A stretch of 64,000 bases of DNA from a virus: IMG/VR virus record IMGVR_UViG_3300019458_000003, positions 1-64,000 of that record. The stretch is one strand, 5' to 3'. The notes beneath the pieces were generated by a model, which had not been told where the DNA came from, made no database searches, and saw nothing but the letters and a program-made list of their open reading frames with translations. A program made the translations under genes and the position numbers. Below, piece after piece: positions 1 to 8,566 of this stretch. Positions within the stretch are counted from its first letter, which is position 1. The number at the start of each line of letters is the position of its first letter.

Positions 1-518
1 TCAGCGTCATGTCGTACCTTACGGACTACCGACGCAAACAGCCATTGGATAGCCTTCTTTTTTTCAAACATGGCTGTACCCTCAGCCAGTATCCCCCTTA
101 ACCGCTTGTGAATCTCATTTTCAAGATCATCGGGAATATTATCTGATCTGAATTGCTCGATATCTCCCACCGCGTACGGCGACAAATGAGACAGTGCGTA
201 TTCCTCATAACGATCTAGCTCGCGCTCGATTGCTTCGGTATCGATCTCGATGTCCCATTCAGCCTGATTAATAAAGGATTTGATTGTACGAATAATAGAC
301 CAAGTGATAGGATCAGACTTAGATAGCCTACTGAGGGTCTCCGCATTTAGCGTAAATAGACGTTGCTGCTTTTTATTGACAGTCCGGTTGTTGAACCACC
401 ACATGCCCTTACGGGGTTCTGGTTCGGGTCGAGTACCGTCTGCGTCCCGTTTAGCAAATAGGGATTGTCTGAGTTGAGTTAGTTTTTTAGGATCCAGTAG
501 ATCTCCGAACAACGGCAT
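1..518 (-). CDS. Portal protein, N-terminal part (gene continues past the left edge)
   Basis: Hand translation from the ATG at 516-518, with AAGGA upstream: MPLFGDLLDPKKLTQLRQSLF...SDPITWSIIRTIKSFINQAEWDIEIDTEAIERELDRYEEY. The frame is open to base 1 and is absent from the ORF track because no stop lies in the window. The pattern is recalled from portal N-termini and was not searched. Confidence 0.45.
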   Translation of the reverse strand, partial: MPLFGDLLDPKKLTQLRQSLFAKRDADGTRPEPEPRKGMWWFNNRTVNKKQQRLFTLNAETLSRLSKSDPITWSIIRTIKSFINQAEWDIEIDTEAIERELDRYEEYALSHLSPYAVGDIEQFRSDNIPDDLENEIHKRLRGILAEGTAMFEKKKAIQWLFASVVRKVRHDA

Positions 519-521
519 CAA

Positions 522-917
522 TTATTTCCTTTTGTCCTTTACCAACGCATCGGTCAGAGCTACGACAATTTTATGCTCTAGTCGCTCGGCTTTACGGAGC
601 AAGATACGCTTGGCATTGGGGTTGCGAACGTATTCTTTGAGAAGATCCACCACAAATTCCGCATACTCGTTCATACGAACGTGCAGAAGTTCATGTGCTA
701 CAGTCTTTTCTATTTCGTCCGGCTCGCGAGATAACCTATCCTTGTTAAACTCAATGAGCGATTCGCGGGTATCTTCATCTGTTTCAACCCTGGCATAGTC
801 ACCGCTCAAGGCGCGATCTCCCAACATCTTAAAGTCGAACTTATAGTCTGAGATTCCCAATTTCGGTGCCCATTTTCTGATCAAGGATAACAGTTGAGAT
901 TTCAGATCAACCTTCAT
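522..917 (-). CDS. HExxH zinc-metallopeptidase-like protein
   Basis: 131 aa with a single HELLH motif (TVAHELLHVRMNEY). The stop lies 3 nt before the portal start. Confidence 0.5.
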   Translation of the reverse strand: MKVDLKSQLLSLIRKWAPKLGISDYKFDFKMLGDRALSGDYARVETDEDTRESLIEFNKDRLSREPDEIEKTVAHELLHVRMNEYAEFVVDLLKEYVRNPNAKRILLRKAERLEHKIVVALTDALVKDKRK

Positions 918-1177
918 ACCCCGCCTCGCAATCCTGCAATCAGTCTCTTTTTGTCTTGTGCGTCAAGGGGTTTTCCCAATTCTTCTAAGCCACGACAATC
1001 AAAGCATCGCTTTAACACGCAGTCACTACAAAATTCACTCCAGAATCCACGCTTAGTGAGATAAAGTAGAATTGGCCGAGGTTCAATTCCAACTTCCTTT
1101 GCGATCTCTCGCACCGTGCTACCAGATTGAAACAATTCGAGAATTTTTTCTTGGATTTGCTGAGGGAAATCGTCCAT
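914..1177 (-). CDS. Small helix-turn-helix DNA-binding protein
   Basis: 87 aa. QSGSTVREIAKEVGIEPRPILLYL resembles a resolvase or sigma-region-4 type HTH and is followed by a Cys-rich tail. It overlaps the next gene by 4 nt. Confidence 0.45.
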   Translation of the reverse strand: MDDFPQQIQEKILELFQSGSTVREIAKEVGIEPRPILLYLTKRGFWSEFCSDCVLKRCFDCRGLEELGKPLDAQDKKRLIAGLRGGV

Positions 1178-1197
1178 TGCCGCTGTCCTCGCATCAG

Positions 1198-1485
1198 TTA
1201 TTCCGGCTCTCTCTCGTGGAGAGAAGTGTGATCGATGTAAGCGCTATCTTGTCTAGGATATTCTTCAGGCTCAGTTCCTGGCAACCCCTCGCCTTGCGGG
1301 TGCTTCTGTCCGTAAGCGTCATGAGCCTTTTCCTTTGATTTGGCATCATGTATAAACGGAACAACGGTTTTGGTATTAGGAGGCTCAGTAGCAGAATCAC
1401 TTTGGGGATCTAAAGCTTCATGAGATGTATATTCGCTGAACACCTCTAGAGTCCCTTTAAGGATTGCTAAAAACTCAGCGTTCAT
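1198..1485 (-). CDS. Hypothetical acidic protein
   Basis: ORF track 1198..1533. I prefer the internal ATG at 1485 (MNAEFLAILKG), which forms a TAATG overlap with the upstream stop. Confidence 0.4.
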   Translation of the reverse strand: MNAEFLAILKGTLEVFSEYTSHEALDPQSDSATEPPNTKTVVPFIHDAKSKEKAHDAYGQKHPQGEGLPGTEPEEYPRQDSAYIDHTSLHEREPE

Positions 1486-1763
1486 TACCGCCCCAAGCCA
1501 AGTAGGGATTTCACGATCTGGATAGTAGACCATATGATGGTCACTACGATTGCTAATCCTTTAATAACAACGCTCAGGAATTTAGAGACTGCATCCACAT
1601 CTCCCATTTTGCGGGCAAGTTTGTCTACTGACTCTTGCACAGCCCCTATCTGATGGGGTAGATGGTTACTGACCTGCAATTTAACGAACGCCACATCCTC
1701 TTTAAGATGTCCCATTTCAGTCTCTAGTACAGCCATTCTCTCTTCGGGTGTCAAATCAGCCAT
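1485..1763 (-). CDS. Coiled-coil protein with C-terminal transmembrane helix
   Basis: 92 aa with a hydrophobic C-terminus (LSVVIKGLAIVVTIIWSTIQIV). No family recognised. Confidence 0.5.
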   Translation of the reverse strand: MADLTPEERMAVLETEMGHLKEDVAFVKLQVSNHLPHQIGAVQESVDKLARKMGDVDAVSKFLSVVIKGLAIVVTIIWSTIQIVKSLLGLGR

Positions 1764-1775
1764 TAGATTGTATCC

Positions 1776-3221
1776 TTAATCGAATAAAGCGAATGCCGCA
1801 TGCTTTTGCGGTATGAAATTTATCAGCGTATTTCCCGAACCAGCATTGTATAAAGCAGTCTTTTCGTCTGTAGTTAACACCCGTCTCCAGAATCCTGCTT
1901 CGTCAGCGCGACCATCAAGAAAGTCTACCACAGTGGTCGTCACGTTTTCTCCGGCACCGATAACTAAACTTCTGGTAGAGTCTATGGGTCCGACTCCTGC
2001 TGTCGCGGCGGTATTAGCAGTTCCATTATTGACTTGAATACCGATTAAATCGTTGGCCGCGTCGTGCCATGCTACAATAAGATGCCAAGCCCCTGTCGCT
2101 GGAGATCCAAAATTGTCTGCGGAAACAACCAAAGCTCCTGCAGCGATCAAAAATCTATACCTGTCTGTAGAGGCGCGGTAATCTATTCCATATTCATCAG
2201 CAGCGGCACCTTTTTCAAAAATACGCATATCTGCTGCCTTACTATCAAGATATGCCCACACCGCTATTGTGAAATCTACATTGCCAACTGAAATAAACGT
2301 GTTGTCCGGGACGGTTAGATATTCAGAGTTCGCGGTTACAAATTGTGCGGCGGTTTGCGTTATGCTGCTTACTCCTGCAGCCTGTCCGACCGTGTTGTTG
2401 TCTCCCGCAATGTTTCCCGGATCAACTCCTTGAGCCTGTCCAACGGTGTTATTGTCCGCGAGGTCGTTGGTGCCATGCGAATCCAACCGAGTCCCATTTC
2501 CTTCGTGTAGATTCCAATAAGAAATCAACGAAGTCAAAAGACTGCCTGTCAAATTGGGGTAGGTCAGGCCGTTTCCAGAATTGTAAAGGCTTGTTCTCTC
2601 GCCAGTAGTCAAGACCTTCTTCCAAAACCCCAAAAGGTGTATTCTGCCATCCCAAGGACTGTTAGGTGCAATATTTGCATAGTCACCAATAACAAATTCA
2701 AATGCACTATCAAAACTGCCAATCGATGTGGAAGTGGAATCTACTGTGCCATTATCTACTTGAATATTAATTGTGTTAGCAACAGAATCGTGCCAGGCTA
2801 CAATAAAATACCAAGTGTTCAATGATGGAGCGCCTAGACTATCTGCCAAAACACCAGCGTTAGCAGAACCATTCCCGATACCAAACCTAAAACGATTAGT
2901 GCCTGCACTTCCTGTGAAGTGAATCCTATACTCAATAGTATTACTATTATTACTATTACCCTTACTAAGGATTACTCGTTCGTCTATATTATCGGTTAAG
3001 TAAATCCAAGCAGAAAATGAAAAATCAATATCTCCTACAGAAAGAGAAGTGTTATCAGCTATATTAAGCCGCTCTTGATTGGCCGCTACAAAGAGAGCCG
3101 CCGGTCCCGATCCTGGATTTATAAGGTCATATCGAGATCCTTCAGCTTCGTTCAAATTCCAATACGCCGCCAGATCAGTTGTCAGCGTACCCGCCGGGTC
3201 GTAGTAGAATTTTAGAGCCAT
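1776..3221 (-). CDS. Tail or receptor-binding protein with two LamG-like (concanavalin A-like lectin) domains
   Basis: Two internal copies of the LamG-like pattern: ...LNIADNTSLSVGDIDFSFSAWIYL...WYFIVAWHDSVANTINIQVDNG and ...LTVPDNTFISVGNVDFTIAVWAYL...WHLIVAWHDAANDLIGIQVNNG. Start moved to the ATG at 3221 (MALKFYYDP), a TAATG overlap with the fibre stop. Confidence 0.6.
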   Translation of the reverse strand: MALKFYYDPAGTLTTDLAAYWNLNEAEGSRYDLINPGSGPAALFVAANQERLNIADNTSLSVGDIDFSFSAWIYLTDNIDERVILSKGNSNNSNTIEYRIHFTGSAGTNRFRFGIGNGSANAGVLADSLGAPSLNTWYFIVAWHDSVANTINIQVDNGTVDSTSTSIGSFDSAFEFVIGDYANIAPNSPWDGRIHLLGFWKKVLTTGERTSLYNSGNGLTYPNLTGSLLTSLISYWNLHEGNGTRLDSHGTNDLADNNTVGQAQGVDPGNIAGDNNTVGQAAGVSSITQTAAQFVTANSEYLTVPDNTFISVGNVDFTIAVWAYLDSKAADMRIFEKGAAADEYGIDYRASTDRYRFLIAAGALVVSADNFGSPATGAWHLIVAWHDAANDLIGIQVNNGTANTAATAGVGPIDSTRSLVIGAGENVTTTVVDFLDGRADEAGFWRRVLTTDEKTALYNAGSGNTLINFIPQKHAAFALFD

Positions 3222-5002
3222 TAGAAGCCCTTTGTGTAGGCAATCACATCCCACTTATTGTCTGTGGCGTGATAAATTGCTCCAATGTAATCTGTCTTGT
3301 CTTGAGTTGTAGCGGTAAGTGACGTAATATCCGTACCGAAGCGGAAACCTCCTGTGCCTGTAGCAAGTGTTAAAGTTCGATTGGCACCAGAAGCCTTGAT
3401 TCTCCAAATAGCTTTTTGTCCACTAGCTGCGTTTGTTGGGGCGTCTAATGTTCTATCTCCGCCAATTGTTACGGTGAATACATTACCTAAAGAGGCGTCT
3501 GTTGCGATATTTGCGCCATCAGTTAATGCGGTTTCCTTCGTGTATAACGCATTGCCGATTGAGACACCCTTGGTACCCTTACCTGTAATCGTTAGTCCGA
3601 CGTTTGTCTCACCGCTAGCTGTTAGTGTTGGGTTGTTCCCTGTCGCGGCATTGGCAAGAGTCACGTCATTTACGGCTGATGTTACGGTATCTAGGATCAA
3701 TAATTCGTTTCCATTGGCATCTGCTATGAATCCAAGATCCGCAAATTTGGGCGCGGTCAATGTTTTATTGCTTAATGTTTCTGTTCCAGCTAGAGTAGCG
3801 AAATCTCCGTCCGTCAAAGCTGTATTAAATTGTGCTGTCGTACCTGTGATAGTGTTGCTACCCAAGCTGATTGTCTTATTCGTTAATGTCTCAGTACCGG
3901 CAAGCGTTGCAAAGTCACCGTCTGACAGAGCCGTATTGAATTGGGCTGTCGTACCAGATAGTGTGTTACTAGAAAGATTTATTGTTTTATTCGTTAGAGT
4001 CTGAGTAGCGGTTTCTCTCACAACGGAGGAATCAACTGCTACGGAATCAGCGGCCACACTTATACCATCTCCAGCACCAACATCAAGTGTGTTACCTGTC
4101 TTTGTTAGACCGGCACCCGCTGTAATCTGCCCTGCCCCGCTGAATTGTACAAAAGTTAACGCTGTTGTCCCAAGAACGATCGGGTCATTGGTAATCAGTA
4201 CCCATCCACTATCGGAATGGACGGTACCTTCTGAGACAAAGATAAACATACCCGTTGTCACTTCAGCATCTGTATCAGCGTCCGCCGAACGTGACCAGGC
4301 TCCAGCAGCCACTACGTAAATCCCATTCTCTTCTCCGGCTGTTTGGTTCTTTACCAGAACTCTGTTACCAGTAACTGCTGAGACTCCGTCGATTGTTTGT
4401 TCGCCGGACAATGTGATATTGGTCGTAGTAGCAACGCGAGCAGAATCCTTGACATCAAGACCTTGCTTGATAGCATCTACATAGCTCTTGTTAGCCGCGT
4501 CGTTGTCTGCCGTAGGTGTTGCCAGATTTATGATTTTGTTGCTATCCGCGTCTAAGTCAGATCCGAGAGCAGCATCCGTGAAGGTGTCTCCGTCTTGGTA
4601 GGCAAATACGTTGTCCACGCCAGTCTTACGATAGTGCAATCGACTGTCAGCCGAAGACAAGAAAAAGGATTGGTCCTCTACAACGGCGAAAGCCAGTTCG
4701 GTATCAAATCTTATATATTCACCTATGGTTAACTTTTCAAGAGCATGGACGGCATTATTCTCGATCTGGAACGGAATTACGCTCGTAGTAAAACCCCCAC
4801 CGACAGCCGTGTTCCATTCAAAATCAAGATTACTACCGACCAATTGCATTCGGACTAATCCATTAGGGAGAGCCGATTCCGTATCTCTCAGAGTCAGAGT
4901 AGGTTCAGCACCCTGTAACAACACTTCGTCCGAAGCCTTAGGAGATAGACTTCCGTCCGTATTGGTCTGCCATTTGCTAGGAGGAGACGATAATATAGCC
5001 AT
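3221..5002 (-). CDS. Tail fibre protein
   Basis: 593 aa, Thr/Gly/Ala/Asn-rich. It carries tandem TLTNKTI-type repeats and a beta-rich C-terminal region. Confidence 0.65.
   Translation of the reverse strand: MAILSSPPSKWQTNTDGSLSPKASDEVLLQGAEPTLTLRDTESALPNGLVRMQLVGSNLDFEWNTAVGGGFTTSVIPFQIENNAVHALEKLTIGEYIRFDTELAFAVVEDQSFFLSSADSRLHYRKTGVDNVFAYQDGDTFTDAALGSDLDADSNKIINLATPTADNDAANKSYVDAIKQGLDVKDSARVATTTNITLSGEQTIDGVSAVTGNRVLVKNQTAGEENGIYVVAAGAWSRSADADTDAEVTTGMFIFVSEGTVHSDSGWVLITNDPIVLGTTALTFVQFSGAGQITAGAGLTKTGNTLDVGAGDGISVAADSVAVDSSVVRETATQTLTNKTINLSSNTLSGTTAQFNTALSDGDFATLAGTETLTNKTISLGSNTITGTTAQFNTALTDGDFATLAGTETLSNKTLTAPKFADLGFIADANGNELLILDTVTSAVNDVTLANAATGNNPTLTASGETNVGLTITGKGTKGVSIGNALYTKETALTDGANIATDASLGNVFTVTIGGDRTLDAPTNAASGQKAIWRIKASGANRTLTLATGTGGFRFGTDITSLTATTQDKTDYIGAIYHATDNKWDVIAYTKGF
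3758..4000 (-). repeat. Tandem 111-nt (37-codon) coding repeat, about 2.2 copies, inside the tail fibre gene
   Basis: Copy 1 (3890-4000) encodes [37 protein letters not shown]. Copy 2 (3779-3889) encodes [38 protein letters not shown] partial third copy encodes TLSNKTL. Confidence 0.85.
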
Positions 5003-5027
5003 TAGCTTACCTCTTCAATAACTCCTT

Positions 5028-5237
5028 TTATTTAGTTTCTTCTGATTTAGTGAAAGGTTTGAGGAATTCATTCAACAGGATCCTAGCGCCCTCGATCCTA
5101 GACATCTGAACATTTAATTCGTTGATCTGCCTAAGAAGTGCTTCCCGCCTGGCTCGCCCGTTTTCAAGCTCCTTGTCCAATTGCTCGGCTCGATCCCTGT
5201 AAGACTGCTCCAATTCACTCATTGTAGTTCCTCCCAT
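5028..5237 (-). CDS. Small coiled-coil protein
   Basis: ORF track, 69 aa, heptad-like charged sequence. Start uncertain. Confidence 0.45.
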   Translation of the reverse strand: MGGTTMSELEQSYRDRAEQLDKELENGRARREALLRQINELNVQMSRIEGARILLNEFLKPFTKSEETK

Positions 5238-5238
5238 T

Positions 5239-5421
5239 TTATTCCTCTACGCCAAAACTCTCCGTATTAACTAATGCTCCACAAATGCTGCAAAAAGTTG
5301 ATCTCGTAACAGTTACTTGCCCCGCCGTGGTGCTGACATTAGAGTAGGTTCTCCACTCATGAGAGAAGGTTTTCCTCTCCTGTTTGCAATCTGGGCATTG
5401 TGATTTTTGTTCTTCAGCCAT
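5239..5421 (-). CDS. Small zinc-ribbon protein
   Basis: Contains CPDC...CSIC. I prefer the ATG at 5421 (MAEEQKSQCPDC), which has AGGGA 7 nt upstream and avoids overlap with the upstream gene. Confidence 0.45.
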   Translation of the reverse strand: MAEEQKSQCPDCKQERKTFSHEWRTYSNVSTTAGQVTVTRSTFCSICGALVNTESFGVEE

Positions 5422-5431
5422 GAATATGTCC

Positions 5432-5668
5432 CTATGATCCCGCCAATTTGTATGATTGTTCGAATAGTTCACGCCCTATCTTCCAATATTTTCCGTCAAT
5501 CTCTACCAGGTAATCTCCAGCCTCGCCACGAGCTAGTACCCCAAAGTGATGTACAGCGAATACTCGATCCATCTGTTTAGCTCTGAAACGAACTTCTAGG
5601 TAGGCGATTCCCTGGTACTCTTTGGCACCCGACATGGGGTCGCTACAATTACAAGGGCTTTTCATCAA
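5432..5668 (-). CDS. Hypothetical protein
   Basis: ORF track, 78 aa, co-directional and tightly packed. Confidence 0.45.
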   Translation of the reverse strand: MMKSPCNCSDPMSGAKEYQGIAYLEVRFRAKQMDRVFAVHHFGVLARGEAGDYLVEIDGKYWKIGRELFEQSYKLAGS

Positions 5669-5673
5669 ATTCT

Positions 5674-5829
5674 TTATGGTCTTTCCGTCCAGTTCGTCAG
5701 ATCCTGCCCGATTGTCTCAATGCCTTCAAGTAGGAAATGTGAGGCAACGGCAATTACGGCCAAAATACAAGCCGCAATCACAAACGGAATCATTACGAGT
5801 GACGCTACCAAATGCTTCCAAGTCATCAT
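5674..5829 (-). CDS. Small single-pass membrane protein (51 aa, below the ORF-track cutoff)
   Basis: Hand translation: MMTWKHLVASLVMIPFVIAACILAVIAVASHFLLEGIETIGQDLTNWTERP. The ATG overlaps the upstream TAA, and the ORF fills the gap between two track ORFs exactly. Confidence 0.45.
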   Translation of the reverse strand: MMTWKHLVASLVMIPFVIAACILAVIAVASHFLLEGIETIGQDLTNWTERP

Positions 5830-6035
5830 TATCCTCGATTCTTGTAATCCGTCTGAAAGAAACCTGGACCCTTGAAAACAAAGCCGCCTATTTTGGATAT
5901 GATCAGCTTAAGTTTGCCCCCACAGAAAGGTGGTAGGGTTTGATGAGTTCGCTTCTTTGCCAGCGTGTCCGCTGAATGCCTGATCTCTTGAATTTTTCCG
6001 CATTTCTGGCATTCATACTCATATATGGGTGGCAT
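5829..6035 (-). CDS. FmdB-family zinc-ribbon protein
   Basis: MPPIYEYECQKCGK...PPFCGG matches the FmdB/CxxC_CxxC_SSSS N-terminus (MPIYEYxCxxCG). The start at 6035 forms a TAATG overlap. Confidence 0.55.
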   Translation of the reverse strand: MPPIYEYECQKCGKIQEIRHSADTLAKKRTHQTLPPFCGGKLKLIISKIGGFVFKGPGFFQTDYKNRG

Positions 6036-6214
6036 TATCGATAAACCTGCATGCAAATAGTTTTGGTTTGAGCCTTAGTGTCCGTCGCCATATCTCTAAC
6101 GGAGGTAGCAACCTGCTCGCATGCTTCCAATGACTTAAAATATTCTATCTTGATAGGGATGTATCCGTATCCCGATTTAATTTGCACCATTACTAACAGC
6201 GCCCACCAAATCAT
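6035..6214 (-). CDS. Small membrane protein
   Basis: Track ORF 6035..6292. I prefer the ATG at 6214 (MIWWALLVMVQIK), an ATGA overlap with the upstream stop. Confidence 0.4.
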   Translation of the reverse strand: MIWWALLVMVQIKSGYGYIPIKIEYFKSLEACEQVATSVRDMATDTKAQTKTICMQVYR

Positions 6215-6660
6215 CTCAGAAGCAGCGCCGCTAAAATGCACGCTCCTTGAGTAGCCCCCATGGATGCTTCCACGACATGCCATACCATCCAATTATACCT
6301 CAGGGAAAGCCAATACAGGGACATGAAAGTCCCTGCCACTACGATCGGCCATACCCAGCTTTGGTTAATTAGCACGAAAGGAAGTCCTAGGAATATACCA
6401 ACCATAGCCCGTTCTGGCCATCTCTTTTTCTCCCCGTAACCCATCGATAGAGACATAGCCATTGTAGTAGCTACCCCACCCGCAATAATTAAAGGAAGGC
6501 CGTTTCCGGCCAAGAGGAGACCTACTACCCCAGGCCAAACCAATCTCCTCCACTTCTTATTTAACGGAAGAAGACCGCCCCGATGGGTACACTCGTCGCC
6601 ACACCCACCCAAGTACCATAGCACCGCGCCAACGGGAACCACTAACAGATTGAGTGTCAT
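6211..6660 (-). CDS. Multi-pass membrane protein (about 4 TM)
   Basis: 149 aa with four hydrophobic stretches. Possible holin-like role is inference only. Confidence 0.5.
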   Translation of the reverse strand: MTLNLLVVPVGAVLWYLGGCGDECTHRGGLLPLNKKWRRLVWPGVVGLLLAGNGLPLIIAGGVATTMAMSLSMGYGEKKRWPERAMVGIFLGLPFVLINQSWVWPIVVAGTFMSLYWLSLRYNWMVWHVVEASMGATQGACILAALLLR

Positions 6661-6818
6661 CCTACCTTCTCAATCGTATACGCATCTAGGTCTGGCCGGT
6701 AAGTTTCTAATACTTTCCATTTACCGGTCTTAGTCTCGAAAACCTCGTCTTTAACAAGCTTTCTACCCAATCGCTGCTCTAAAACTTCCCATGGCACTAC
6801 TTGTACTTGGCCTGACAT
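6657..6818 (-). CDS. Hypothetical protein (53 aa, below cutoff)
   Basis: Hand translation: MSGQVQVVPWEVLEQRLGRKLVKDEVFETKTGKWKVLETYRPDLDAYTIEKVG. ATGA overlap with the next gene; GGAG lies 9 nt upstream. Confidence 0.4.
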   Translation of the reverse strand: MSGQVQVVPWEVLEQRLGRKLVKDEVFETKTGKWKVLETYRPDLDAYTIEKVG

Positions 6819-6824
6819 TCGATT

Positions 6825-7781
6825 TTACTCCGAGTCAGTCTTTGCTTCAGATAATTCCATGCTCAACGCGGCCAGCAACTCTTCCGCTATTCCGCGAAGC
6901 TCATCCACAATTCGATGGTAATATTCAGATACTTCCGGATCTGCTGTGTTACGTTCTGCAGCCGCCTTCATTTCACCGGCCAGGCTGACGACTCTCTCTA
7001 GAGAGCATACTAGATCTTGAAAAGGAGTTGGACCGTAATGAGCGTCAGCAATATCTCCATCCTTCTTAACTTTATCTTCAGGATCTTCTTCATCCGTGAG
7101 ATTAGCCATGCCTGCAGCCTTTTTCACGGGAATTTCTGTCGTCATATCTTCATGCTTAACGCTCTCGGCTGGACCCGTGTGAGCCTTAACCAACAGATGT
7201 GCCCATTCCACGGTCTGCATTCCACCTTGCCATTTCACCATTGCACGGCCTGAAGAGTCGATGCTAACTACCTGCCCCTTCAGAATGTGTTGACCGGTCT
7301 TAGCGAAATTCTTCGATACCAGATCTCCAACATTAACCGGATCTGCTGACACAAACTTCGCTGCTGGCTCTGCAGTCACCGGCAATCTCAACGGCGCGTT
7401 AGTAGGCTGCTTGATTCCCACCTGGATCTTGTCTGAGAGAGCCTGTTCCTCGGTTGTGGTAGTCTTGAGTTTGTTGTCCACATCGGGCAACTTCTCCCCG
7501 TTCTTCAGAGATTCGTCCGGGTGCGCCATCGGGTCATCGTCTTCTGGCTTCAGACCGACCTGCCTCGGAAAGTTATACTCACGAGTCGCCTCGGCATCTA
7601 CGCCCTTGCGAAAATCTGTACCGGTGATAACTCTCAGAGTCTTTTGTACTGTTTTCTTGCTGTTCATCATTTGATCAAATAGCTTACGGGCGTAATTCTC
7701 TTCCTCTGTCGTGAGAGGGATCGATTGCGCTCGCTTACTCAAAATTGTTTTAGTCATACGTTCATCTACTTCAAATGACAT
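6825..7781 (-). CDS. Hypothetical virion-associated protein (possibly scaffold or internal)
   Basis: 318 aa, charged, no motif recognised. The functional guess comes from position in the late region only. Confidence 0.45.
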   Translation of the reverse strand: MSFEVDERMTKTILSKRAQSIPLTTEEENYARKLFDQMMNSKKTVQKTLRVITGTDFRKGVDAEATREYNFPRQVGLKPEDDDPMAHPDESLKNGEKLPDVDNKLKTTTTEEQALSDKIQVGIKQPTNAPLRLPVTAEPAAKFVSADPVNVGDLVSKNFAKTGQHILKGQVVSIDSSGRAMVKWQGGMQTVEWAHLLVKAHTGPAESVKHEDMTTEIPVKKAAGMANLTDEEDPEDKVKKDGDIADAHYGPTPFQDLVCSLERVVSLAGEMKAAAERNTADPEVSEYYHRIVDELRGIAEELLAALSMELSEAKTDSE

Positions 7782-7788
7782 CTTATTT

Positions 7789-8343
7789 TCACCTCGCTTT
7801 ATTCTGTTTCTTTTGTAGATGTCCCTCTTGCTTACTAGTATTTAAATAAGCAATGACACTGTTTAATTCCGTGATAATAGCGGACAATTCTTTGTCTTCT
7901 TCAGGAGTTAAAGGTTTATCCGAAGGAAATCGGTTGACTCTGGTTATGAGGTCACGCAAAATTGTAGTAGTATGAGAAATGCCCTTAGCCATCTCCATAG
8001 ACTTATCGGAGTAACGACCTCGTTCTTCGTCATCTGGGCCATAGTCATCCTTTAGATCCGCCGAATACGGCTCGTGACGACGGGCGTCAGATTCTGCCTC
8101 AAATGCTATGTTCTCGGCTTCATCCCGCTCAATATCGTGACGCTGTTGTTCCTTAGCCCCTTCTGGCACCTCTCTGGCTGCTATACGAGCTTTCCACGCC
8201 TCTTTTAGGTTCAAACCCTCAACACTAGGCTCTTGACCTACCTGACCACCGGCCAGCCAGCTTTTATAGTCGCTCTGGTATCTCTCTAAGTCAGCGTCCT
8301 TGCCTTCAGCACTACCACTTTCTTCCTCAGATCTATGCTTCAA
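7789..8343 (-). CDS. Hypothetical acidic protein
   Basis: 184 aa. The track start is a TTG at 8343 with GAGG 5 nt upstream. Confidence 0.45.
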   Translation of the reverse strand: MKHRSEEESGSAEGKDADLERYQSDYKSWLAGGQVGQEPSVEGLNLKEAWKARIAAREVPEGAKEQQRHDIERDEAENIAFEAESDARRHEPYSADLKDDYGPDDEERGRYSDKSMEMAKGISHTTTILRDLITRVNRFPSDKPLTPEEDKELSAIITELNSVIAYLNTSKQEGHLQKKQNKAR

Positions 8344-8401
8344 TTCGGCCTCAAGCGCTCGGACCTTTTCCTGATTCGGGGCAATTCGGAATTGCCCATA
8401 G

Positions 8402-8554
8402 TTATTCCTTGGAAGCAGCTTTCTTAAGTTCTTCGGTCTTAGCCCTAATCACATCGGCCTGGGATTTGGTAACGATCATCTTGGGCTTGATCTTCTTATC
8501 CAACATCTTGTTCAATTGTTCGTTTTTGTCATTATCAAGATTGAGCAAATTCAT
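8402..8554 (-). CDS. Hypothetical Lys-rich protein (50 aa, below cutoff)
   Basis: Hand translation: MNLLNLDNDKNEQLNKMLDKKIKPKMIVTKSQADVIRAKTEELKKAASKE. AAGGA lies 8 nt upstream. Confidence 0.4.
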   Translation of the reverse strand: MNLLNLDNDKNEQLNKMLDKKIKPKMIVTKSQADVIRAKTEELKKAASKE

Positions 8555-8566
8555 AATGTTTTCCTT

